A stretch of 64,000 bases of DNA from a virus. Lineage: Duplodnaviria > Caudoviricetes. Made by a program: the position numbers and the translations under genes. The stretch covers positions 1 to 64,000 of IMG/VR virus record IMGVR_UViG_3300033463_000010; one strand, 5' to 3'. Every line of letters begins with the position of its first letter. The first letter of the stretch is position 1. Positions 48,997 to 59,637 of the stretch are shown here, piece after piece. A model generated the notes under the pieces. That model saw only the letters and a program-made list of their open reading frames with translations, was not told the origin of the DNA and ran no database searches.

Positions 48997-49587
48997 ATGG
49001 CTGTTAGTCTGCGTGACGTTCTTGACGAAGAACTTAACATTGAAACCGAAGAACTCATTACGGACGAAGTTATCCTTCGTATGTATCGTAAGGCGGTTCA
49101 TTGGTATCGTAAATACCGTCTGTTCCCCCGCACGAACACCTACAACTATTCCATTGAAAGCAGTGACTACGTTCCCGACATTCTTATGGACCAGGTTGTT
49201 ACCGTTGACGGTAAGACGGGTAAGTTGTCGGAGTTCGTTGAAACCAGGACCAGGGTGTTTAACGGGACGGGGACAATTATTGTCACTATCGCCTTGAATG
49301 CGAATAACGCTTATTTGGCGGGTCTTCCCGAAGAATTGGAAAACCTGTTCGTGTCGCACTGCAAGGTCGTGATAGGTCAACGCTTGAAGTTCTCTAAATA
49401 CCCGTCGCAGCCGATTGAGTTGGACGGTCCAGGTATGTTTGCCGAGGGGACTGAGGGCGTTGAGTATTGGAAGAACTTTATTATGATTAACCGTGACTGC
49501 GACCCCGAAAACATTACGGACTTGCGTAACGAAGCCTACACGGGCATTCCAAAGCCGTATTTCTATTCGGGCAGACGGGTTTGGTAA
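48997..49587 (+). CDS. Neck/head-completion protein (gp13-like)
   Basis: LNIE..RKAVHWY..IGQRLKFS..ELDGPGMFAEG. Confidence 0.5.
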   Translation: MAVSLRDVLDEELNIETEELITDEVILRMYRKAVHWYRKYRLFPRTNTYNYSIESSDYVPDILMDQVVTVDGKTGKLSEFVETRTRVFNGTGTIIVTIALNANNAYLAGLPEELENLFVSHCKVVIGQRLKFSKYPSQPIELDGPGMFAEGTEGVEYWKNFIMINRDCDPENITDLRNEAYTGIPKPYFYSGRRVW

Positions 49588-49598
49588 AAGGGGATTTT

Positions 49599-51347
49599 AT
49601 GGCTAATGTCACTAGGGGCACACTGCTTGCCACTTTAAAGGAATTGAGAAAACATAAACGACCGAAGACTTCAACGGCTGCTGTGTCTGTGCAGGCTATT
49701 TGCCCGAAGCAGGTGGTTACGGCTGACAGAAACGCTGAATTGAAGGCATCCATTGAAAGACGTAGGGCTGTTTTGAATGGGGGGTTGAACAAACCCTTTT
49801 ATGTTTTATCCATTGACGATATTTCATTACTGAATAGGTTGGTCACTTTACACGATTACAGAACTCCATATAACGGTGAACAGTATGGGGAATTGTTCAT
49901 TCATTGGTTTTATCGTAATAGGTCAAGGGATTGCTTGTCTAGGTGCGAAATTTTCCATTTGAATATGTTGCAGTATTTCAATGCGGTGGACAAGGTGAAA
50001 GTAATCCACGTTCGTTGTGCGTCTATGCTCCCTATGACGGGTGCTATGCAGAAGGCTGTTGAAATTTTGTCTTGTGGCAGGGCTACGGTTGATTTTAAGA
50101 TTGTCCAACAGAAGTCATCGTGGGAGTATGATACTTTCAAGGAATGTGTGGAGTATGCTTCTAATTCGGGGGCATTCGTGTATTATACTCATTTTAAGGG
50201 GGTTTCCCGAATAGGGGACGATACATTAGGTATGGACCGTAAATATGTGCAAGATAGCACCGATTTGGATGTTTTGTATTGGTGCTACTTGCTGTATATG
50301 GGTCTTTTTGGTAATAAGGTTACAGCAAATGCAGTAGGACCTATACGAACAAACAATCACAGATTATTAAAAGTATATTCCGATAATGATTGGACCCGAA
50401 ATATCAAAGATAATCAAGACTTTTTTTATAGGGGTAGTTTTCAAGGTTTTTCGGGAATAGCCTTAAACGAAAACTTAAAAGAATTAGGGGTTTCTTTGGA
50501 AAAAACATTACCCGTGGGGACACATACAGTTGAGTTGTGGTTAAGTGCTGTTTTTAAAGAGAAAGAAATATACTCCATACCTTTTACAAGCCTTTCTATG
50601 AATACCCCTGGTTATCACGAATATGCAAAGAACGTATTTCCGTTGCATAAGAATTTGTTTAAGGCTGCTTATACTGTGGTAGATAAATTAGTATTGTCTA
50701 GGATTGTGGTATCTATGACATCTTGGAAAGCACGTATAGGTAATGTATATGCAGTTATCCAAAGTCTATTGAATCAATGCCGTGTCCCTAATTCTATTGA
50801 GTTAAATTTGGCTATTGTGGAATTTCCTAATAAAGAAAAAGACTTACCCATAGACTTACAAAATCTTGTGAATGATTCCAATTTAGTTCATATAAATTGG
50901 GTTAAAAAAGATACTAATGTGTTTAAGAAAATAATACCTACTTTACAGAAGTATATTGGCGAAGATTACATTATGTTATCTGTGGACGACGATATTATTT
51001 ATGATTCGGCATATATCACACAAATGCTTTGTTTATTGGGTAGTGCTGATGTGGCTTGTGCCGATATAGGGTATGTAGGCTTTAAGTCTATATGCCGTTC
51101 AAGTGTGTTTGGTCCCGATTTTTGGGAATTACTGACAAATGACGTGGTTAATTGTAGAGTGGATGATGCCTATATTTCGGAATACCTTAATCGTAAAAAA
51201 GCGGTATGCGTATATGAGCCTCGCAAGGAAATACTTTCATTGCTGCACGATTATAACCCTGTATCGCCTAATAGTTCTTTTTTGGAAGGGTATTCAGCAG
51301 AAAAACTTAAAAAGGCTCATTTGGCTGTTATGGAAGCCTTAAAGTAA
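49599..51347 (+). CDS. Two-domain glycosyltransferase-like protein (C-terminal GT-A/GT2)
   Basis: YYTHFKGVS; VVSMTSW..R..KKIIP..SVDDDIIY..DDAYIS; AT-rich. Confidence 0.75.
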   Translation: MANVTRGTLLATLKELRKHKRPKTSTAAVSVQAICPKQVVTADRNAELKASIERRRAVLNGGLNKPFYVLSIDDISLLNRLVTLHDYRTPYNGEQYGELFIHWFYRNRSRDCLSRCEIFHLNMLQYFNAVDKVKVIHVRCASMLPMTGAMQKAVEILSCGRATVDFKIVQQKSSWEYDTFKECVEYASNSGAFVYYTHFKGVSRIGDDTLGMDRKYVQDSTDLDVLYWCYLLYMGLFGNKVTANAVGPIRTNNHRLLKVYSDNDWTRNIKDNQDFFYRGSFQGFSGIALNENLKELGVSLEKTLPVGTHTVELWLSAVFKEKEIYSIPFTSLSMNTPGYHEYAKNVFPLHKNLFKAAYTVVDKLVLSRIVVSMTSWKARIGNVYAVIQSLLNQCRVPNSIELNLAIVEFPNKEKDLPIDLQNLVNDSNLVHINWVKKDTNVFKKIIPTLQKYIGEDYIMLSVDDDIIYDSAYITQMLCLLGSADVACADIGYVGFKSICRSSVFGPDFWELLTNDVVNCRVDDAYISEYLNRKKAVCVYEPRKEILSLLHDYNPVSPNSSFLEGYSAEKLKKAHLAVMEALK

Positions 51348-51366
51348 TAGATTTTTTAATAGGGGC

Positions 51367-51396
51367 TTGACCCCCTGTTGGGTATTTTGTTATATT
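51367..51396 (+). promoter_or_regulatory. Phage promoter
   Basis: TTGACC-18-TATATT with GGTATTTTGT. Confidence 0.65.
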
Positions 51397-51415
51397 AACT
51401 CCGCAGGAGTTATTT

Positions 51416-51736
51416 ATGATTACGTCTATCCCCGAAAAAGAATTACCTCAAAACAATTCAGCAGTGTCCCGTTTGATGGATATAAACAAAACACATTTTA
51501 ATAACGCAGGTGTTTATTACTATCAAGTGAAGACGGTTTTTAGTGGTAGGACATTACCCGAACATTTCATATACGAATTGTATGCCCCGTATAAGCATAC
51601 AAACGGTAATGGGGATATTGTTACCGATTGGTTTATTTTTGGTTCGGATGATTCCGATGAAGACATAGCCTCGGAACTTAAAGCGTATCACGAACATATT
51701 ACTATGGCGTGTGTTAGCCAAAAGTTTAATAATTGA
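51416..51736 (+). CDS. Hypothetical protein
   Basis: Own promoter and AGGAG RBS. Confidence 0.6.
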   Translation: MITSIPEKELPQNNSAVSRLMDINKTHFNNAGVYYYQVKTVFSGRTLPEHFIYELYAPYKHTNGNGDIVTDWFIFGSDDSDEDIASELKAYHEHITMACVSQKFNN

Positions 51737-51749
51737 TAGTTACGGGTTG

Positions 51750-52805
51750 TCAGTCCCAAACTCTAACCCCATTAACAAGTTTCCAATGCCTGCCTAGTTT
51801 TAAGCCCCGCATTTTCGCTTTAGATTCTTCGGACATTTTACGACCTTTTAGGGCTTCACTAATTTTTCGTCTATGTTCTTCGGAAAATTTTAGGGTTCCG
51901 TTTCTTTTTTTTGTTTCAAGCATTTTATTTGTTACACTAGGGTCCCGTTTACGTCCTGTTAGTGCTTTTGATAATTTGTCACGTTGTTGTTTTGATATTA
52001 CACGACCTTTAGCACTCTCACTTAATTTCTTTTTATGTTCGTCGGAAAATTTTCTGCCTTTTAATACTTGCGACAGATGCAATTTTTGTTCTGCGGTTAA
52101 TGGTTTACGGGGTCCACTATGTTTTCCTTTTTGGGACTCACTCATTTTCTTTCGGGTTTCTTCTGTTACAGTTGTCCCTAGTTTATTAAGTCTGTTGCTT
52201 ATTCTTATGCGTTCCCGACCTTCATCTGTTAAGTAATCGGGATGCCCTTTACGGATAGCTGACAGGTTTGTTTTTTGTTCTGCTGACCATTTATGTCCCT
52301 TGTGGGCTTCACCATTCTTACGCCTAGATTCTTCGCTAACAGAATGACCTTTTAGTGTGTTTGATATACGTTGGCGTTGTTCTAGGCTTACAGGCTTTCC
52401 TTTGCGGATTTTGGAGGAATACTCGTTTGCTAGTATGACTGCGTTTTGATATTCTAGGGCTAGGTCATCTATGGTTTCTTGTGTTATTTCTTTTATGTCT
52501 TGTTTTGTGGTATCTATCATATACTTAAAAGCAAGAGCCATTTTGTATTTGTATGGACTTTTTGCAAGTATGTAGTAGTAATAATGGATAATTAGGTGTT
52601 GTGCAAACGGAAGGCTTATTATGTTATCGGGTTCGTTATCCACAGGCTCATTTAGCATACGGCTAAATGATTTTGGGAATTTGTGATGATAGGCACGGTT
52701 GCGAACACGCTTTTTAGGGTATTTATCATATTGGGCAAAGATTTCTAAAACTTTTTGCCATTCGGGTTTATCCGTGTAGAATACTTGTGTGTAATCGTGA
52801 GTCAT
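51750..52805 (-). CDS. HNH-type homing endonuclease with many NUMOD3 repeats
   Basis: YHHKFPKS..DN...L...H...H; repeated SEE.RRK.SE..KG. Confidence 0.85.
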   Translation of the reverse strand: MTHDYTQVFYTDKPEWQKVLEIFAQYDKYPKKRVRNRAYHHKFPKSFSRMLNEPVDNEPDNIISLPFAQHLIIHYYYYILAKSPYKYKMALAFKYMIDTTKQDIKEITQETIDDLALEYQNAVILANEYSSKIRKGKPVSLEQRQRISNTLKGHSVSEESRRKNGEAHKGHKWSAEQKTNLSAIRKGHPDYLTDEGRERIRISNRLNKLGTTVTEETRKKMSESQKGKHSGPRKPLTAEQKLHLSQVLKGRKFSDEHKKKLSESAKGRVISKQQRDKLSKALTGRKRDPSVTNKMLETKKRNGTLKFSEEHRRKISEALKGRKMSEESKAKMRGLKLGRHWKLVNGVRVWD

Positions 52806-52906
52806 AGGTATTTCTAAATATAATAAAATTGCAGTGTTAGCGACATACTGACTTACTAATTATTAAAGTATTTCATAAAATTTTTCAAAAATTTTAACAA
52901 AACCTG

Positions 52907-52935
52907 TTGACAATAGGCAGGTAATTTGTTATATT
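52907..52935 (+). promoter_or_regulatory. Phage promoter
   Basis: TTGACA-17-TATATT with GGTAATTTGT. Confidence 0.8.
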
Positions 52936-52979
52936 TATATCGTAAAGAGAAAACAATCACTTCAACCGAGGACAGCCCT

Positions 52980-53384
52980 ATGAAATACCTGTTAATCCTT
53001 GCAGCCCTTTTGTTCACCGCCTGTGCAGAAAACCCGTCCGCACCGTCCACATACGCCAGGGAATGCACCCACAGGTTTGAATCAGCGGAACCGCTCACAA
53101 TCCTGTCCGACTCCACCTACGCAATCGGCTCCCACGAATACGTCGCCCCGCCCGACACCCCTATGGGCAACTTCCTTTATACCCGTTCGGGATTTATGCG
53201 GAAGATTGAATCCTGCTACAATGACGGCTTGACCGTCCGTGGTGAAATGACAAGTGACGAAGTAGCCGAACACGTCCTTAACCTTTGTATTACACCCGAA
53301 GACGAAATGGCAGCGTTTATGGCGGGGTATGAACTCCCGAAGCCCATAAACGTGACTTACCTGGGTGCAGATTGCAGGGAATAA
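52980..53384 (+). CDS. Lipoprotein
   Basis: MKYLLILAALLFTA-C lipobox; aaccgagga RBS. Confidence 0.75.
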   Translation: MKYLLILAALLFTACAENPSAPSTYARECTHRFESAEPLTILSDSTYAIGSHEYVAPPDTPMGNFLYTRSGFMRKIESCYNDGLTVRGEMTSDEVAEHVLNLCITPEDEMAAFMAGYELPKPINVTYLGADCRE

Positions 53385-53421
53385 TGTATATTTAAGGTGT
53401 TAAACTTTAATCGGTTCTTGA

Positions 53422-53958
53422 ATGGCTTACAACTTTGACTTGGGAACAGCAGCGTTACGTCGGGCGTTAAGCCCAAGGACTTACACCTTGCGGTGTAAGA
53501 TTCTTGAAATTGGACCCTTCTACAAGGTCCAATGCACAATGAACGCCAAGGAAGAAGTCCACCTGGACTTTTGGGCGAAACCGCTGCTTTCCCTGTCATA
53601 CTCTTACGAAGTTGACGACGAAGTTATAGTTGAAGTCCGTTCCCTGTGCGAAGCCTATATCCTGGGTCTAGTCAAGGAACTAGCCGAAACGAACACCGCA
53701 GAAGAATTTTATTTCCGCTTCGGCAAGAATATCGCAAAGGGACGCAAGGACGGCACCACGTTTGAGTTCAAGGGTGGCGACGACGGGTTCCGTGTGGAAC
53801 ACTCGCCCGCAGGGACCACCGTTGAAACGAAGGGTGTTCTTTCGCTCACGGGCGATATGGTTATGATTGGCGACGGTATGGGTCTTGGGCTGAATTGTAA
53901 TACAGCCTGTCCGCTTATGGGTATGCACGTCCCGACGCAGCAGAAAACATTATTTTAG
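53422..53958 (+). CDS. Baseplate spike (gpV/gp5-like) protein
   Basis: OB-like N-terminus, beta-helix-like middle, C-terminal CPLMGMH metal tip. Confidence 0.55.
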   Translation: MAYNFDLGTAALRRALSPRTYTLRCKILEIGPFYKVQCTMNAKEEVHLDFWAKPLLSLSYSYEVDDEVIVEVRSLCEAYILGLVKELAETNTAEEFYFRFGKNIAKGRKDGTTFEFKGGDDGFRVEHSPAGTTVETKGVLSLTGDMVMIGDGMGLGLNCNTACPLMGMHVPTQQKTLF

Positions 53959-53971
53959 CCAGGAGGAACTT

Positions 53972-54358
53972 ATGCAGATGAACATTAAGGTTCACGAAGC
54001 GTCCAACAAATACAAGTTTTCCTATGGGGAAGAAATAGGAATTAAGACTTTTACTTCTAATTCCGCTATGCCCCTAGTGTCTTATGACAAGCAGATGGCG
54101 AAGTTCCGTAATGGTATTGACAATGTTCGTGTTTATCCTAACGGAACGGGTGATGGGATTTCGGTGCAGATTTTTTGTAGTTCCGATGAAGCCAGGTTTG
54201 CTACGCCCGATATTACGTCTATGAATATCAAGTATGTGGGCGATAGTAATAACTATGCTCAAATGATTCAAACGGCACTTTGCTATGTCGCTGACATTCT
54301 TGACTATCGTAAGTCTATCGTAGAAACGCTCAAGGCTTCGGGTGTTATTAACGGTTAG
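53972..54358 (+). CDS. Hypothetical protein with shared leader
   Basis: MQMNIKVHEAS; AGGAGG RBS. Confidence 0.65.
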   Translation: MQMNIKVHEASNKYKFSYGEEIGIKTFTSNSAMPLVSYDKQMAKFRNGIDNVRVYPNGTGDGISVQIFCSSDEARFATPDITSMNIKYVGDSNNYAQMIQTALCYVADILDYRKSIVETLKASGVING

Positions 54359-54373
54359 TAGAGGTTCGTCCTT

Positions 54374-55150
54374 ATGATGCAGTCCATAGCCATACAAGCC
54401 TATTTCGCTCAAATGCGGAATTTCTTTACCAGGCAGGGCTTTGACGGTTCTATGAAAGTCTGCTATGGTTCGGACGCAGAGGGTCCGCAGCGTATTTTGG
54501 ACCAGGACCTAGCCGACAAGAAAATGGAACGCAAGTCCGAAACCAACCGTGAGAATGTCCGTGAAGCCCCGTATTCCTACCTGTTTTGGACCAGGGATTC
54601 CTTGAAGAACATTGTCCGTCGTTCCATACGCCTGCAAGACGGAGTGGCACCCGACGGGCGGTTGAAGTTCAAGAAGACCGTTTCGGCAGAATTTGGTATG
54701 GGTTGCGTCCTGGTGTCTAACAAAATGGAATTGATTGAGGATTTCGCAGAAGCGTTCGCAGCGGAATACCAAAACGTTCATAACGTCCCGATTAACTTGA
54801 AGTTCGCCTATGAAACCCGCACAAGCACAGCAGAGGGCGGTTATGATACGGCAGGCTTGAACGCAACGATTATCCAGGACCTTGGGACCGAGGAACCTAT
54901 TTCGTTCCGACAGGGTGACTTGTTTTCGTATAGTTGGAACGTCCGTTTCCTGTTGCAGTTCGTGAGCGAATTTGCCGATTGGAAGACAGCCCCGTTGCGT
55001 TCCGTTGTCGTTGACCTGTATAACAAGCGTGGCATTCCTCTCGCTTCTATGGATTTCAACGGACAGCCCGAATGGAAAGAATATGTCGCAAAGGACGGCA
55101 CAAAGGTAATCGTTCCCAAGGACGCTTACGTTGAAGTTGAGAAACCCTAG
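54374..55150 (+). CDS. Putative tail completion/neck protein
   Basis: Size, beta-rich content and context. Confidence 0.4.
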   Translation: MMQSIAIQAYFAQMRNFFTRQGFDGSMKVCYGSDAEGPQRILDQDLADKKMERKSETNRENVREAPYSYLFWTRDSLKNIVRRSIRLQDGVAPDGRLKFKKTVSAEFGMGCVLVSNKMELIEDFAEAFAAEYQNVHNVPINLKFAYETRTSTAEGGYDTAGLNATIIQDLGTEEPISFRQGDLFSYSWNVRFLLQFVSEFADWKTAPLRSVVVDLYNKRGIPLASMDFNGQPEWKEYVAKDGTKVIVPKDAYVEVEKP

Positions 55151-55275
55151 TAGGTAATTTGTTATATACTATGGTTGTGCCCGAAGTAATGCTCATTTTG
55201 CGTGTTCCCCTGTTGCACGACGGGGGAATTTGTTGTTATTTTTAAGAACGTAAAAACTAAACCAGGAGTTTATTT

Positions 55276-55899
55276 ATGCAGTATGTCGTTGACGAATCCT
55301 TAACCAACTTCAAGTTTTGGAGTGGTGCTGCTGACAACGCCAAACTTTTAGAATACAGCGAATTGCAGGAATTGGATGATGTTCTTCCCGAATACTTTAA
55401 TACGGGCGACGGGAACCTCCCGACTGCAACTGAAATCAACGATATGTTTTGGTTTGATTTCGCCACTGTCTGCGAAGCCATCGGCTTGCAGTATGACGAA
55501 GAAAAGGGCGAAATTATCCGTGACAACGACGAAAGCCGTAAGAAGCGTTCCGAAGCCAACGGCAACGACAAGGTGGGTAAGCAGAACTTCACCTATGCAG
55601 AACTTGAAGATGCCTGGAACAAACTCAACGCCCGCATTCAGCGTGACCCGTTTGACAAGGACAATCCCCCGTCGGGTGGTTATGACATTCGCAACGGATA
55701 TGCCTGTGGCGAACGTGATTGGAACGATTGGCACATTGACTTTTCCCTTGACGCTGTTAAGAAAGCCCTTGAAGAAGTGGCTGAACCGATTAAGGAAGGC
55801 GACCTTGAAGTTTACTACAATGACAAGGACAATAATCAAGCCGATTCCGACAATCACGGTATCTTTATCATTGACGGCAAGATTGACACCATTTACTAA
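55276..55899 (+). CDS. Two-domain acidic protein with ESRKKRSE linker
   Basis: FKFWSGA..TEINDMFWFD domain, linker, second domain. Confidence 0.7.
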   Translation: MQYVVDESLTNFKFWSGAADNAKLLEYSELQELDDVLPEYFNTGDGNLPTATEINDMFWFDFATVCEAIGLQYDEEKGEIIRDNDESRKKRSEANGNDKVGKQNFTYAELEDAWNKLNARIQRDPFDKDNPPSGGYDIRNGYACGERDWNDWHIDFSLDAVKKALEEVAEPIKEGDLEVYYNDKDNNQADSDNHGIFIIDGKIDTIY

Positions 55900-55919
55900 T
55901 TGCAAAGGGGTTCTTGGAT

Positions 55920-56933
55920 ATGGCTAATTGGTCTATCAGTTATACAGACGTTTTTGGTAAGAAGAAAGTTGAATCGTTCACTAGCCAGGGTGCTGCCCAG
56001 GCTCGCTATGAAGAACTCATTCCCCGCACTTACGGGGATTTGGGCGACCTTGTGAACGTGACCGCACCTATCCGTTCCGCTGTGAAAGTTTCGGAAGGTA
56101 TCTTTTACGGGTCTGCCGACAAGAAAGACCCGAACCGCTATGCCGACGGCAAGGAAGAATGGGACGATTTCAAGGACGTGGTTCGTAAGTTGCTTGCTGA
56201 ATTTGACGACCGTGCTGAAACAAAGTTCTTCAAGGTTGTCCCGATTGGTAATGACAACTACGAAATCTATTTCAAGGGCGACGGGGACAAGTTGTCCGAC
56301 CTGCTCTTTATGAGCATTTATCAAAGTGCGATGGGCGAGCCGACTTTTAACGTTATCAAGGGCGACGTTAGCGACGCTGTGTTTGACGACGCTTATGACA
56401 TTGTTGAGCCGTATATCGCAGACGTGTTCCGTATGGCTTATGACGACGGCAACACGGGTATTGTCCGCAAGTTCTATTCTAGCGATGACTTCCACAAGTC
56501 GTTGAAAGAAGATTGTGGGGGTGCGTCTGCTGCGTCGCTTGGAGCAGTCCCGACCGCCACCGTCCGTCCGTCTAACAAGCGTGAGTCTGTGACTTATGAT
56601 AAAGCGAAGACTATGGACGACTGCTATGCAGCGGTAAATTCTACCATTATGGATGACCCTGCTGTTACGTCGTTAGGTCTTTATGTTATTAAGGACGAAC
56701 ACGCTAGTCCGTCGTGTAGTGCGGTATGTATCTATGACTCCGCAGACAAGAACCCCAATAAAGACCCGATTCTTGGGTTTGAGTTCTATGACAACGGGAT
56801 ATACCACGTTGTTTGGTATGAAGACAATGAAGACATTTCCGAAGGTCCTATTAGCAAGTATGGTTCCGCTGCTAAACTTGTGGATTTCTATAAGAATGAT
56901 ATTGTGGAATACTTGCAGCGTTCTAAAAGTTAA
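55920..56933 (+). CDS. Modular acidic protein
   Basis: Segments separated by KVSE, LKE and KRES. Confidence 0.65.
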   Translation: MANWSISYTDVFGKKKVESFTSQGAAQARYEELIPRTYGDLGDLVNVTAPIRSAVKVSEGIFYGSADKKDPNRYADGKEEWDDFKDVVRKLLAEFDDRAETKFFKVVPIGNDNYEIYFKGDGDKLSDLLFMSIYQSAMGEPTFNVIKGDVSDAVFDDAYDIVEPYIADVFRMAYDDGNTGIVRKFYSSDDFHKSLKEDCGGASAASLGAVPTATVRPSNKRESVTYDKAKTMDDCYAAVNSTIMDDPAVTSLGLYVIKDEHASPSCSAVCIYDSADKNPNKDPILGFEFYDNGIYHVVWYEDNEDISEGPISKYGSAAKLVDFYKNDIVEYLQRSKS

Positions 56934-56960
56934 ACTAAAACCAACCGAGGCAAAAACACT

Positions 56961-58004
56961 ATGCAGATTGCAGAAGACTATATTCCGTTTAAGTGTGAGT
57001 TCATTGACGACATTTCCCGTGTTGACGAATCCGCACAATCCGAAGTTGCTAAAAGTGGTGGCACCATTCTCGCCATTGTCAAGGGTCAGCATTTCTGCCC
57101 TGGCAAGGTAAGCCGTAACCACCGCCTTTATACTCCCGAACTTTGGGAAGAAGCAGGTAAGGACGAAGACGTGCAGCGTAAGTTGACCAACGGACAAATG
57201 TTCGGTCGTATCGGTCACGAAGCCGAAATTACCGACGAAGATATTGCCGACGGCAAGTTTAGCCACATTACCCGCAACATTGATTGGAAGACGGGTATCG
57301 CTGAATCTGTTATCTACAATACGGATATGGGTAAGACGCTTTACACTATCCTTCGTGCGGGCACTACTATGTTTGTCAGTTCCCGTGCCGATGGCGACTA
57401 CGAAGGTAAGGACGAAGACGGCAACGATATTCTTGACCCGAAGACCTACAAACTTGAACGCTTTGACTTTGTGCAGGACCCTGGGTTCCTGGACGCAAAG
57501 CCGAAGATGATTTCCGAAAGCAAGCAGAATGAAAAGATTGAAGAAACCGTCAAGGAACGTGTCGCAGAATCCCTGCTTTCGCTTGCAAAGGAACTTGGGG
57601 CACCCGTTGAACTTGACGGCAGCACCTACGTCGTAGAAAGCCTGGAAAAGAACACTGTTGAAATGACAGATTGTGACAAGGGCACAGGCGACACTTACAA
57701 GTTTGAAGACTTTACCGAAGTGACCGAAGACATTAAGCAGTCTATCGTGAAGTTCGTTGAAGGCTTGCAGGAAGAAGTGAAGCAGTCCGCAGACACTATC
57801 CGTGACTTGAAATTCGCTAACAAGAATGGCTTGAACGAAGCCTACGTGACCGAACGTCGTCGTGCAGGTGCTACTTACGAAGCGATTGAACGTGAGCAGC
57901 CCGAAACGCAGACCTTTAAGGTCCTGGAAGCAAAGGCACCCGCCCGTGAAGCCGAAGACAACGACGGGTCCTTGATTGGTTATATTCTCGGCAGCAAACG
58001 TTAA
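56961..58004 (+). CDS. Prohead protease (T4 gp21-like)
   Basis: SRNHRLY, GRIGH, SH, VSSRADG, FDFVQDPGFLDA. Confidence 0.9.
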   Translation: MQIAEDYIPFKCEFIDDISRVDESAQSEVAKSGGTILAIVKGQHFCPGKVSRNHRLYTPELWEEAGKDEDVQRKLTNGQMFGRIGHEAEITDEDIADGKFSHITRNIDWKTGIAESVIYNTDMGKTLYTILRAGTTMFVSSRADGDYEGKDEDGNDILDPKTYKLERFDFVQDPGFLDAKPKMISESKQNEKIEETVKERVAESLLSLAKELGAPVELDGSTYVVESLEKNTVEMTDCDKGTGDTYKFEDFTEVTEDIKQSIVKFVEGLQEEVKQSADTIRDLKFANKNGLNEAYVTERRRAGATYEAIEREQPETQTFKVLEAKAPAREAEDNDGSLIGYILGSKR

Positions 58005-58016
58005 GGATGGCTCATT

Positions 58017-58337
58017 ATGGCTAAAATGAAAATCAAGGTTCACGAAAGCAGTAAAAACGAAGAAAAAAGTGTCGTAGATTTGCTTGCGGTTATGGACACT
58101 CCAAAGTATAAGCAGGACTTTGAAAAGATTAAGGCTGCTTACGATAACTTTGAAAAACTTGCAGACAGCCTGGGCTATCGTATTGCGGTGGACCCCGATG
58201 AAGAATATCAAGCCGTCCTGCTTCCCAAGAGTATCGTGAATGACGTGTATTTGGACCAACACGCCAACGCTAAATTTTTGGATGGGACAAAGCCGTTGTC
58301 TAGCATAGTCCCTGTCGTATTAACGTATCATAAGTAG
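58017..58337 (+). CDS. Hypothetical protein with shared leader
   Basis: MAKMKIKVHESSKNE. Confidence 0.65.
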   Translation: MAKMKIKVHESSKNEEKSVVDLLAVMDTPKYKQDFEKIKAAYDNFEKLADSLGYRIAVDPDEEYQAVLLPKSIVNDVYLDQHANAKFLDGTKPLSSIVPVVLTYHK

Positions 58338-58347
58338 AGGGCTGTCT

Positions 58348-58614
58348 ATGCCAAAGTTGAAGATTATGGTCCACGAAGCCAAGTCCGACCTTGAAAAGCA
58401 GATTACGAAAGAATGTGTCCGTCTTGGATTGGACCGCCTGGTTAATCGTGGCTATTCTTCACGGATAGTCCCGACTTACGGCAATTACATTGAAAAACAC
58501 AAGGATGAACCTGTTGAACAAATCGCAAAGTATATCTACGACACGGAACAGCGTGAGTGGTTCAAAATGCGTGGCGGTTTCAATATGTTCGGTCTTTTTG
58601 GCAACAGAGGTTAA
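58348..58614 (+). CDS. Hypothetical protein with shared leader
   Basis: MPKLKIMVHEAKS. Confidence 0.65.
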   Translation: MPKLKIMVHEAKSDLEKQITKECVRLGLDRLVNRGYSSRIVPTYGNYIEKHKDEPVEQIAKYIYDTEQREWFKMRGGFNMFGLFGNRG

Positions 58615-58619
58615 GCACT

Positions 58620-59237
58620 ATGGCACTCCGAATTAACATACACGAAAGCAAGAAGACAGAAGCCCAGGGTCTTGTGTTTCTGCCCGATGGCTTGAAATCC
58701 GACATTGAATACGAACTCCCGTCGCTTTACAGGGCTAACGGACTTGCTGTGTTCAAGGGTAAGGAAGAAGTTGAACCCGACGCAGCCTGGGACGTAGAAG
58801 ATATGTCCTGGGACGTTGACGAAGCCACCGTGTGCGACGATTACCTTATGGTCGCTTTCAAGGACAATCCTGGTGCCGAAAAGGTCAAGTCCATTATGGC
58901 TGACGAATACAAAAAGGCTGTTCTGCCCGAAGCCCTGGAACTTGTCGGCTACATTGACGTGGGTGCCCTGCGTGACGCTTACGCCAAGCAGATTGTGGAC
59001 GCTACAAAGGGCAAGGAATTTGAACTAGGCTACTACCTGGGCGATATTAACGATATGGGTGACGTTCCTGGTGGAATTGACAATGCCTATACCGAAGACG
59101 GGGAAGTTAGTTGTATGGTCGGTGCTTTCGGTTTCGTCGTTGCCGAGGCTGCTAACGGCAGCGAAATCAAGGACACGCAGTCCGCAGACGAAGCCTTGAA
59201 GTTGGTTGAAGAAATGTATAACAAATACAAGGCGTAG
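58620..59237 (+). CDS. Acidic protein with shared leader
   Basis: MALRINIHESKKTE. Confidence 0.65.
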   Translation: MALRINIHESKKTEAQGLVFLPDGLKSDIEYELPSLYRANGLAVFKGKEEVEPDAAWDVEDMSWDVDEATVCDDYLMVAFKDNPGAEKVKSIMADEYKKAVLPEALELVGYIDVGALRDAYAKQIVDATKGKEFELGYYLGDINDMGDVPGGIDNAYTEDGEVSCMVGAFGFVVAEAANGSEIKDTQSADEALKLVEEMYNKYKA

Positions 59238-59245
59238 GGCTGTCT

Positions 59246-59635
59246 ATGGGCTTGAAGATTAAAATGCAAGAAGCGTCCAGGAATGACGAAATCCTGGGCT
59301 TGCTTTCGGAAAAGGGTTTTACCGTGGACCAGGAAGCAAGCGATAGGGAGGACCGCCTGGTAGCCTATAAGCAATATAAGGCTCACGGCTACTGCGTCGG
59401 GGATGTTACGTTAGTTGTCAAGTATGACGCATACGTGAACCGCAGCCTGTTTATGAACGTGCTGTCTAATAGTTATGCTAACATTAGACTTAAACGTTCC
59501 GATAGTATCTTTGAAACGTCTATCGTGGATAATCGGGATATGGTTAATCTTGAAGAAGCCCGTCGCTGTATCGGTAATGCCGAACGTGCGGTAAATATGT
59601 ATATTTCAGCATTAGAAACAATTTACGAGGTATAA
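59246..59635 (+). CDS. Hypothetical protein with shared leader
   Basis: MGLKIKMQEAS. Confidence 0.65.
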   Translation: MGLKIKMQEASRNDEILGLLSEKGFTVDQEASDREDRLVAYKQYKAHGYCVGDVTLVVKYDAYVNRSLFMNVLSNSYANIRLKRSDSIFETSIVDNRDMVNLEEARRCIGNAERAVNMYISALETIYEV

Positions 59636-59637
59636 CT

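Noticed and set aside
51750-52805. Endonuclease inside a group I intron
   Set aside because: It is free-standing between intact genes, with no interrupted gene or intron core visible
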